From: Methanobacteriota archaeon
GTDB lineage: Archaea; Thermoplasmatota; Thermoplasmata; SG8-5; JAGLSY01
NCBI GenBank assembly: GCA_020696385.1
Contig: JAEHCQ010000001.1
Coordinates: forward strand, 32,001 to 96,000
Direction of reading: 5' to 3'
Length of the DNA stretch: 64,000 nt
Part shown: positions 1-7,354 of the stretch, piece by piece
Layout of the letters: every line of letters begins with the position of its first letter
Position numbering within the stretch: the first letter of the stretch is position 1
The notes under the pieces: model-generated
What the model was told of the DNA's origin: nothing
Database searches by the model: none
What the model saw: only the letters and a program-made list of their open reading frames with translations
Program-made: the position numbers and the translations under genes

Positions 1-690
1 GAATTCAGCAATATGACGCACTGTATCGGATTCCTCCGCCCTGAAGGCTGGTGCGATCTCGTATATCCTATCGAATCCAGATGCCATGAGCGTCTGCTTA
101 TACAATTGTGATGATTGAGCCAGATAAGCTGGCTTGCCAAAATAATCGAGGGTGAAAAGTGTTGAGCCACCCTCGGCACCCGCGGCGACGATCTTCGGAG
201 TGTTCACTTCATCAAATCCTGCATTATCGAGGAAGGCTCTAATCTCCTTCGTGATGATACGCCTGACCCTGAATATCCTGGATATCTCTTCCTTCCTAAG
301 ATCGAGGAAGCGATTGTTCAGTCTTGTGTCCAGATCTGCGTCCACCTTGTCCACCACACCCAATGGGAGGGGTGCATTGGCCTTGTTCAATACTTCGAAT
401 TCAGTAGGAAGCATCTCGAACCCGGATTTGACCTGGGCATTGGCCTTGATCTCGCCCATCACGACTATCGCGGATTCTCGGACAATACTGGTGATCTCTG
501 CAAATACATCGTCACCCAGCTTCTTCTTCAATGCAGTTACCTGCGTGATCCCTGTCCTATCGCGAACGTGTATGAATGCTATGCCGCCCAGGTTACGGGT
601 GTCCTGCACCCAGCCAGCTATTACGCCCTCTGGTTCAGCTTCCGTGATCTCCGAGCTGAATTTCCTCTTGCTTAGATCGATGCCAGTCAT
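1..690 (-). CDS. aspS: Aspartyl-tRNA synthetase, archaeal type (5' part; runs off the window)
   Basis: Not in the ORF track. Manual translation from ATG at 690 gives MTGIDLSKRK...IAGWVQDTRNLGGIAFIHVRDRTG (OB anticodon domain), RFLDLR, EGGSTLF, YLAQSSQLYKQ and motif 2 FRAEESDTVRH. Confidence 0.95.
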   Translation of the reverse strand, partial: MTGIDLSKRKFSSEITEAEPEGVIAGWVQDTRNLGGIAFIHVRDRTGITQVTALKKKLGDDVFAEITSIVRESAIVVMGEIKANAQVKSGFEMLPTEFEVLNKANAPLPLGVVDKVDADLDTRLNNRFLDLRKEEISRIFRVRRIITKEIRAFLDNAGFDEVNTPKIVAAGAEGGSTLFTLDYFGKPAYLAQSSQLYKQTLMASGFDRIYEIAPAFRAEESDTVRHIAEF

Positions 691-695
691 GAATA

Positions 696-750
696 TCAGT
701 CCTTGAACATTGCATTTGACTTTGAACCAAATGCGAAATTCAAGGACTGA
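696..750 (-). promoter_or_regulatory. Long stem-loop in the putative 5' leader of aspS
   Basis: Perfect 12-bp arms TCAGTCCTTGAA/TTCAAGGACTGA with inner GCATTTG/CAAATGC. It lies between a TATA-like TTTATA (~765-770, minus strand) and the ATG at 690. Confidence 0.5.
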
Positions 751-843
751 GAAACTGCATTCAATATAAAAACCATACTAATGATAAAATGAAGGAATTA
801 TAACATCAAGATACAATAATCATTAAATAGATAAGTCAATAGA

Positions 844-1614
844 TCAGCCAGTATAATATTCCAGTGTCCTAGTGAAGAATTTATCATCTACCACCTGAAC
901 ACCCTCTACAGGCTCATGATCAGATACGAAACCAAACCAGTATACGACAATTCCATTACCAAATATCTCGGTATATGGGATCAATTGCTTCTTCATGTTC
1001 CTTCTAATCTCCACATTATCACCGAAATTCGCCTTGGATTCTATCCAGATGATCTCCACGCCATCTATGGTAATAGGCTCGTCCAGAAGGACATCGGGTG
1101 TCTTCTTGAACTCTCCCTTTAGATCATCCTCATTCCTGTAAGTGAGACCATTGTCATCCAGCCACTTGTTCAGTCTGTCCTCTCCCTTTATTCCTCTAAG
1201 GGTCTGAACTTCCATGCCAGCAGGAGAATACAGGATATCGTTCTGAACCACATCCTGAATCTCATTCCTGAGACGGGCATTCTTTATCTTGGAAGGGTCA
1301 TTGACAAACTTCCAGTAATCCTTGCGAGCATAACCCATGTGCCTCATAAGTATTAGAGACAGAAGTATGGGGGGAAAATCCTCGCGATATGCCAATTGGA
1401 GCAATGGAGTGCCTTTTTTCCACTGCCATTCTAGTTGCTGGGCTTTGTTCTTCACCCTGTAATACCTCTTCGTAGCGTCCCGGACTATGCGATGAGTGTA
1501 TAGAATGAGAAGTAATTCACGATTCCCCTCTATCTCCCTTGCCACCTTGTTGATGTCGGATGGCTTCCGTAGTCTGGATACTAGATCTCTGTATTCTTTA
1601 GTGTTCATTGGCAA
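844..1614 (-). CDS. CDIN1/C15orf41-family (TPD domain) PD-(D/E)XK nuclease-like protein
   Basis: KTPDVLL...WIESKANFG...YTEIFGNGIVVYWFGF motifs preceded by a helical N-terminal region. Confidence 0.85.
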   Translation of the reverse strand: MPMNTKEYRDLVSRLRKPSDINKVAREIEGNRELLLILYTHRIVRDATKRYYRVKNKAQQLEWQWKKGTPLLQLAYREDFPPILLSLILMRHMGYARKDYWKFVNDPSKIKNARLRNEIQDVVQNDILYSPAGMEVQTLRGIKGEDRLNKWLDDNGLTYRNEDDLKGEFKKTPDVLLDEPITIDGVEIIWIESKANFGDNVEIRRNMKKQLIPYTEIFGNGIVVYWFGFVSDHEPVEGVQVVDDKFFTRTLEYYTG

Positions 1615-1739
1615 TACCCTTCTCAGAGTTAGCCTTGTAATGATGGTATTTTATTAAAGAGTTATGCCATCCTTATTTTATTAAATTAATAGAAAAACCC
1701 TTTTATCATGATGACCTTCCATGTTCGGGAGGTAAAATA

Positions 1740-2765
1740 ATGCGTGCAGCAATGTATTATAATAATCAAGATGTCCGAATAGAGGACGTTCCAAAGCCAG
1801 AGATCGGATCAAAGGAGATCATGGTCAAGGTAATGGCCAGTGGCATCTGTGGTTCGGATGTCATGGAATGGTATCGCATTAAAACAGCCCCTCGTGTGCT
1901 CGGTCATGAGATCGCCGGAAAGGTGGTCGAGGTCGGATCAGATGTCAAGAATTTTAAGGTCAGAGATAGGGTCTTCGTATCACATCATGTTCCCTGCGAT
2001 TCATGCAGCCATTGTCAATTAGGAAATCACACGGTCTGCGAACAATTAAGAAGCACGAACTTCGACCCAGGTGGATTCTCGGAATATGTCCGAGTACCGG
2101 AAGTGAACCTGAACAATGGTGTCTTCATACTACCTGATAATATGTCATACCCAGTCGGGACATTCATCGAACCATTGGCCTGTGTTGTCCGCGGCCAGAG
2201 AAGGGCCGAGATGAGAGCTGGGCAAACAGTGCTGGTCATCGGTAGTGGCATATCTGGATTACTGCACATAAAATTGGCACTGGCAAAGGGTGCCGATAGA
2301 GTAATTGCCTCGGACATTGTAGAAAGTCGGATGGAGATGGCTAGAAAGGTTGGAGCAGAGGCAGTTATCGATGCCAGGAGCGACCTTCCAAAAAGATTAA
2401 GATCCTGGAATCGGGGAGAATTGGCAGATCTCGTCATAGTCTGCGCGGGCTCGAAAGCAGCTATTGAGCAGGGATTGAAATGTGTGAATGCCGGAGGAAA
2501 TATCCTTCTGTTCGCCTCCACAAAACCAGAAGTGGAGATATCCATCGAGCCGTGGGAGTTCTGGAAGAATGGAAATAATCTGATCACCACCTATGCGGCA
2601 GCTCCAGAGGATATCGAGGAAGCCATAGAGCTCTTGGATACTGGCGCGGTGCAGGTGAAAGATATGATCACACACAAATTGCCACTTAGAGATGCGGCAA
2701 AGGGATTCCAGCTGATGACGGAAGCCGATAACAGCATGAAAGTTATTATCGAACCGCATAAGTAG
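1740..2765 (+). CDS. Zn-dependent medium-chain dehydrogenase (sorbitol/threonine dehydrogenase-like)
   Basis: GICGSD, GHE, structural Zn site CDSCSHC-x7-C, Rossmann GSGISG; GGAGG ribosome-binding site upstream. Confidence 0.9.
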   Translation: MRAAMYYNNQDVRIEDVPKPEIGSKEIMVKVMASGICGSDVMEWYRIKTAPRVLGHEIAGKVVEVGSDVKNFKVRDRVFVSHHVPCDSCSHCQLGNHTVCEQLRSTNFDPGGFSEYVRVPEVNLNNGVFILPDNMSYPVGTFIEPLACVVRGQRRAEMRAGQTVLVIGSGISGLLHIKLALAKGADRVIASDIVESRMEMARKVGAEAVIDARSDLPKRLRSWNRGELADLVIVCAGSKAAIEQGLKCVNAGGNILLFASTKPEVEISIEPWEFWKNGNNLITTYAAAPEDIEEAIELLDTGAVQVKDMITHKLPLRDAAKGFQLMTEADNSMKVIIEPHK

Positions 2766-2836
2766 GAAGCTATTTCATCTATACCTGGGCATATCTCATA
2801 TACCTAAGAAGAACTCATTTTACCAATGATTAGCCA

Positions 2837-3073
2837 TTATTCATTCTCATCATCATCTGGCCCTTTCTTGGCCAGATAGACTGTGTATGATATTGGGATT
2901 ATCACACTGAGAATAATAAGAACTCCCGCTAGCAAGAAAAGACCATCATGGGCGGCTTCGGACATATCACTATCCAATGAAGCAACTCCCATTATCATAA
3001 GTGCGAGAGCCACGCCAGCTGACGTGGCTATCCTCACTCTTCTGACCGATCTGACAGCGCCTTCCAGTTTCAT
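2837..3073 (-). CDS. Small two-TM membrane protein
   Basis: Two hydrophobic helices and an acidic tail; GAGG RBS; 29 nt downstream of the purP-like gene. Confidence 0.6.
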   Translation of the reverse strand: MKLEGAVRSVRRVRIATSAGVALALMIMGVASLDSDMSEAAHDGLFLLAGVLIILSVIIPISYTVYLAKKGPDDDENE

Positions 3074-3101
3074 GATCTACCTCATTATTGGATCAACTGG
3101 C

Positions 3102-4259
3102 TCACGTCACTATCTCGCCGATCTTGTCCATCTCGATAGCCCTTCTGATCTCCATGGCCATTCGCCTTCCAGTGGACATCTCCTTCCTCCACAGAGCATT
3201 GCCGTATGGGTGACCGACAGCCATGTGGACATTGGTTCCTCCACCCACTCTTGGTGCGACATCGTAAATGTAGAAATTTAAGTCTTTATCAACACAGGTC
3301 TGCAAGCAGAATGGTCCGATCACACCAGGGGCATAATGCTCCTTGCTGGCCTCGATATATTTCTCACCCAGCTCGAATGCTTTTTCCAGGAGTGATTCTC
3401 GGAGAGTTGCGGAGTTGTGGCCGCAAACCGTGTACTCGGGCATCTGTTGTTCACCTTCGAGTGTCATCTGCTGTGGAGCTGGAAGCCTGACATGGCCGTC
3501 CAGTGATGTCTCAAAGCGCCAATCGATCCCAGTCAATTCCAGTGGTGCCATTTCCTTCTCGATAGGTGAATAGAAAAAGTCGAGATTGAACACTGGCCCG
3601 ATAACATATCTTTCAATACGGGCTTCGGCCAGTGCCTCCTCTGTGATTATATTGTTCTTGATAAGCTCGGCAGATTTTTTCTGGAACTCGGAATAACTGG
3701 CAGCTGTGAAGAAACCACGCTCCAACTTCTTGATCTTGTGAGGGAGCTTGACCATGACCAGACCGTCGATATCCTTTGGTCCCTCGAGTTTTTCTGGGAA
3801 TGGAAGACCTCCCTGTTCAAGGAGCCAGTAATAATCCTGAGCCTCGCCACGCTCCTCGCTTCTGAGCATATTTCGACTTCCGAACATAGGTACCTGGAAA
3901 TTGTCCTCGATCTCACCGATCGGCACATATGAAGTGAATGAGCGATTTGGTATGAAAAGAACATTGTCCTCAACCAGCTTCTTCTGATTAACTGGCAACA
4001 TTACCTCATCGAATTTGTCATAAAGATGGAACTCGTCCACCATTCCTCGAATGACCTTGCCGCTTGCATCCCTCTGGGACTTGAAGTACTGGGTGTAGGT
4101 CTTTTCACGACCTTTCTGACAAATGGCCAGTGTTGGTAAGTTCTCGGCAATGGCCCCATCACAGACATCCAGGCCTGAATGGGAGGCGACAACGCCCACC
4201 TTCACCTTATCTAGGTCGTAATTCTCTGCAATTTCTTGTATTTCTTTGCGGTCGATCAT
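3102..4259 (-). CDS. purP: PurP-family formate-AICAR ligase (ATP-grasp; DUF1246/DUF1297)
   Basis: ASHSGLD, PNRSF, ERGFF, GHNSATLRESLL, GPFCLQ, DVAPRVGGGTN, MSTGRR. Start taken at MIDRKE (4259). Confidence 0.9.
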   Translation of the reverse strand: MIDRKEIQEIAENYDLDKVKVGVVASHSGLDVCDGAIAENLPTLAICQKGREKTYTQYFKSQRDASGKVIRGMVDEFHLYDKFDEVMLPVNQKKLVEDNVLFIPNRSFTSYVPIGEIEDNFQVPMFGSRNMLRSEERGEAQDYYWLLEQGGLPFPEKLEGPKDIDGLVMVKLPHKIKKLERGFFTAASYSEFQKKSAELIKNNIITEEALAEARIERYVIGPVFNLDFFYSPIEKEMAPLELTGIDWRFETSLDGHVRLPAPQQMTLEGEQQMPEYTVCGHNSATLRESLLEKAFELGEKYIEASKEHYAPGVIGPFCLQTCVDKDLNFYIYDVAPRVGGGTNVHMAVGHPYGNALWRKEMSTGRRMAMEIRRAIEMDKIGEIVT

Positions 4260-4361
4260 GCTATCACAGAGTCGGGATGACATTTACATATAAATTTGAT
4301 TTGTATCAAAGGACCAAAAATCTTTAAACACTTTCATGCCTTCACAGATATGGAATTTACC

Positions 4362-4952
4362 ATGCTGGACCTATTGAGGGCCATTCTGGCTCTATTGCTG
4401 ATATTCTTTATCCCGGGTTTCATTACAGTGAATGCCATATTCCCAAGAAAGGGGGAACTGGATGTAAAGCTGGACACGCTTTACAGGGTGTCTCTTGGTA
4501 TCGGCATCAGCATCGTGATCACCATCCTTACGGGATTCCTATTGAATTCCTTTGGGCCAAATCCAGATACAGGGATCGGATATTTCACACCAGGATATAT
4601 CATACTGGCATTGGCATTGATCTCCCTCGTATCCTTTTGGATCGGATGGTGGCGCGGGGCATATCAGTTCATGGGGAACTGGCATCCTAAACTCATCAGG
4701 CCCGCACCCAGAGATCCAAGAAGTCTTACAGGGCCCATGTTCAGAGACCAGAAAAGAGGATTCGAGTTCAGGCAATTGGTAGAAAAGAAATACAAGGCCA
4801 TCGATAGGATCAGCGAGCTGGAGAAAAAGGAAAAGATGCACGATGGTGAAACAGCCGATTATTATAGGGAGAAAATATCTGGCATCAAAGAGTCCCTGAG
4901 AGATATAGAGGCGAGAATGATAGAACTGGAGCATGAAGAGGGGCCATTATGA
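4362..4952 (+). CDS. DUF1616-like membrane protein with C-terminal coiled coil
   Basis: FFIPGF...FP...LYRVSLGIGISI pattern, 3 TM segments, charged helical C-terminus. Start uncertain (4350 or 4362). Confidence 0.65.
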   Translation: MLDLLRAILALLLIFFIPGFITVNAIFPRKGELDVKLDTLYRVSLGIGISIVITILTGFLLNSFGPNPDTGIGYFTPGYIILALALISLVSFWIGWWRGAYQFMGNWHPKLIRPAPRDPRSLTGPMFRDQKRGFEFRQLVEKKYKAIDRISELEKKEKMHDGETADYYREKISGIKESLRDIEARMIELEHEEGPL

Positions 4953-4977
4953 AACAAGAACATCTGGAGTCGGTATT

Positions 4978-5343
4978 ATGAAGATCGAAGGCGAATACAA
5001 GATGGTGATAGTCGTCAGGACAGATATCAAGCTCAGCCCGGGGAAGATGGGGGCACAGGTCGCCCATGCTGCCGTGAACTGCGCTTTCTCGGCCAAGAAG
5101 AATCATACCAAATGGTTTCGAAAATGGTATGATGAGGGACAAAAGAAGGTCGTGTTGAAGATCAAGAGCCTGGATGAATTACGAGAATTGCAATATCTGG
5201 CCAAGGATGAGGATCTGCCCAATTCACTGATAACCGATGCGGGACATACTCAACTTCCACCAGGAACGGTCACCTGTTTGGGCATAGGGCCAGGGCCAGA
5301 AAATCTAATTGATAAGGTCAGTGGGGACCTGTCTCTTATGTGA
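4978..5343 (+). CDS. pth2: Peptidyl-tRNA hydrolase Pth2
   Basis: KMVIVVRTD...GKMGAQVAHAA, GQKKVVLK, DAGHTQ, TCLGIGP. Confidence 0.95.
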   Translation: MKIEGEYKMVIVVRTDIKLSPGKMGAQVAHAAVNCAFSAKKNHTKWFRKWYDEGQKKVVLKIKSLDELRELQYLAKDEDLPNSLITDAGHTQLPPGTVTCLGIGPGPENLIDKVSGDLSLM

Positions 5344-5347
5344 AGAA

Positions 5348-5521
5348 TGAGGGCTCCCCAAGGCTAAAGCCTGGGGTATCCCCTCTGATAAATTATTGAA
5401 GATTATCGAGGAATATGAGCCCTTATTGAATACATACCAAGCTAATACCACAGGCGCGCCCTGCGCCCTGCATCCACAAGCATAAATGCTGTGGTATTAT
5501 GGCTTGGAGATTATTCAATAA
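5348..5521 (+). repeat. Structured intergenic element family B, copy 1 (IS200/IS605-like UAAA hairpin in a multistem fold)
   Basis: TGAGGGCTCCC-[CCCCAAGGC TAAA GCCTGGGG]-...-TGAGCCCTTATTGAAT...GATTATTCAATAA; homologous to 41266-41365 on the minus strand. Confidence 0.7.
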
Positions 5522-5540
5522 AATATGAAAAATACAAAAG

Positions 5541-5569
5541 AACATCCAGGGATTTTAGTCCTGGATGTT
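5541..5569. terminator. Hairpin between convergent genes, likely bidirectional terminator
   Basis: AACATCCAGG...CCTGGATGTT flanked by A-rich and T-rich tracts. Confidence 0.55.
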
Positions 5570-5591
5570 TTAATAGATAATTGATGGTCCA

Positions 5592-6005
5592 TCAAGCTTT
5601 AACTTTCTGTCTGGCCATTATGGATAATACCAAACCGATGAATCCCACTCCTACGCCTGTTAAGAAGAGATAATCTCCATCCATGACGCTCAGAACAACC
5701 AGTATTATCAATCCAAATAGACCGAAGCCAGCTCCGATGGTTATCAGTAACTTTCCCAGCTTGATCTTGTCCTTCTTCTTGAACAGCAATGATCCGAATA
5801 TCACCAATAGACCACCGAGTGACCCAAGCAATACCAGCACGGCGAAGACCATCTGAAGTGATTCGCTGTCCGATATCTCGGCCACTGCACTTCCGATAGA
5901 ATCCCAGGCTGCTGCACCAGTGACTCCAGCGATCAACATCAATATCCCGCCGATGATAGCAAATATCATCGCCTGCTCATTATTTTTCAATTTTTTCTTT
6001 GCCAT
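5592..6005 (-). CDS. Four-TM glycine-rich membrane protein of unknown function
   Basis: Start at MAKKKL (6005) after GGAG; four hydrophobic helices. Confidence 0.75.
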   Translation of the reverse strand: MAKKKLKNNEQAMIFAIIGGILMLIAGVTGAAAWDSIGSAVAEISDSESLQMVFAVLVLLGSLGGLLVIFGSLLFKKKDKIKLGKLLITIGAGFGLFGLIILVVLSVMDGDYLFLTGVGVGFIGLVLSIMARQKVKA

Positions 6006-6033
6006 ATTAATCTTCTCCCTTCGATTCCGAAGG

Positions 6034-6120
6034 TCTTGAATGCGCGAATGAATTCGTGCATTCAAAGCTTCGAGTTTTCGAAGCTCTGAATGCAATCACT
6101 TACATTCTCGCATTCAGACT
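6034..6120 (-). repeat. Structured leader element family A, copy 1
   Basis: Three hairpins: CTGAATGC/GCATTCAG, AGCTTCGA/TCGAAGCT, TTGAATGCACGAA/TTCGCGCATTCAA. Homologous to 12021-12106. Confidence 0.75.
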
Positions 6121-6215
6121 TCCCTCCAATACTTTCTTTGAGCCTGAAGATTGAAATGATGCTTATTAATATATTCCCTATAGAAGCATAAATCCAGTAT
6201 GGATATTAGAGCGGA

Positions 6216-7268
6216 TCATACGCCAAGGATACTCTTCAATTTATTGAAATTGTCCGGATTGTCCTTGAGATATTGCCTTGCAGGAGCCAGTATATCCGCA
6301 ATACTGTCAGCCACCCCATTCTTGAGATCCATGGGGTGTAGCTCTCCTTTCGAATAGGCCTGGACAAGATCATCATAGGTCTCGAAATTAAGATCACCGC
6401 CGAACTTCTCCGGCCTCTTGATCTCCATCTTTCCCAGCATGGGGAATACGATAAGCCTGGCATGATCCAGAACTGGATTTGTATCCAAATCATCTGTCGG
6501 GCAATAGGCCTTGTTCAGCTTCTTCCTAATGGCCTTTGGCTCATCATGAATAAAGACGCATGAATTTGGATCAGATTTACTCATCTTGCCCTCTGCGGAA
6601 TCCATCCTGCCGCCGCCCTGAAGACCCATCAACAGTGGCCAATGAAGAGCCACTGGCTTCTTCTCTCCAAGTTTATCTGCGACATCACGTGCCAGCATAT
6701 GCGCGTGCCTCTGGTCCATCCCACCGATTGCCAGATCGACATCCATGTAGAATATGTCCGCGACCTGCATGGCCGGGTATATGAGCTTGGAAGCATCGCC
6801 GTCAGCTTCATCTTCCTGGCGGCCCATTATTGTCATCGCTCTCTTGATCCTGGCCACTGTCGAAGCTTTGGATACACGGAGAACTTTCTCCCAGTATTTT
6901 TCATCATTGGTAAAATCACTGGCATATCTGTAAACGATATTTGGGCCATCGGCTCCAAGTCCTTTCAGGCAGTCTGCGAGGTAATCACCACAGACCTTGA
7001 TATTGTCAAGATCCCCGCCCAACTTGTCATTGACGAAAGCATGCCAGTCAGCCATGAAGACAGTGACTTTAAAACCCAGATCGGAAAGATCCTTCAGCTT
7101 CTGGGCGACCATCAGACCCTGGCCGATATGCAGTAACCCAGATGGTTCCACACCCCAATAGGATACAAGCTCTCGGTCTTTCTCAAAGAGGGCTCTGGTC
7201 TCGGCTTCTGTAACCGCTTCTGTGCAGTTATGGGTCAGTTTCGCATATTTCTCGTCAATGGATGACAT
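6216..7268 (-). CDS. tyrS: Tyrosyl-tRNA synthetase, archaeal type
   Basis: YWGVEPSGLLHIGQ (HIGH), YPAMQVAD, GGMDQ, KMSKS. Confidence 0.95.
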   Translation of the reverse strand: MSSIDEKYAKLTHNCTEAVTEAETRALFEKDRELVSYWGVEPSGLLHIGQGLMVAQKLKDLSDLGFKVTVFMADWHAFVNDKLGGDLDNIKVCGDYLADCLKGLGADGPNIVYRYASDFTNDEKYWEKVLRVSKASTVARIKRAMTIMGRQEDEADGDASKLIYPAMQVADIFYMDVDLAIGGMDQRHAHMLARDVADKLGEKKPVALHWPLLMGLQGGGRMDSAEGKMSKSDPNSCVFIHDEPKAIRKKLNKAYCPTDDLDTNPVLDHARLIVFPMLGKMEIKRPEKFGGDLNFETYDDLVQAYSKGELHPMDLKNGVADSIADILAPARQYLKDNPDNFNKLKSILGV

Positions 7269-7354
7269 ATTCTCTTGGAATACGGCAAAGAATATAGAAG
7301 TTACGGAAGAGAGAAGAAGGCCAATGTGCTTTCATTTAATTACTACAATATGCC

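Noticed and set aside
152-706. 184-aa plus-strand ORF
   Set aside because: Antisense shadow of aspS.
6006-6095. N-terminal extensions in the track for the 5592 gene and for the dehydrogenase (12016-12138)
   Set aside because: They run through the palindromic family A elements; RBS-supported starts are at 6005 and 12139.
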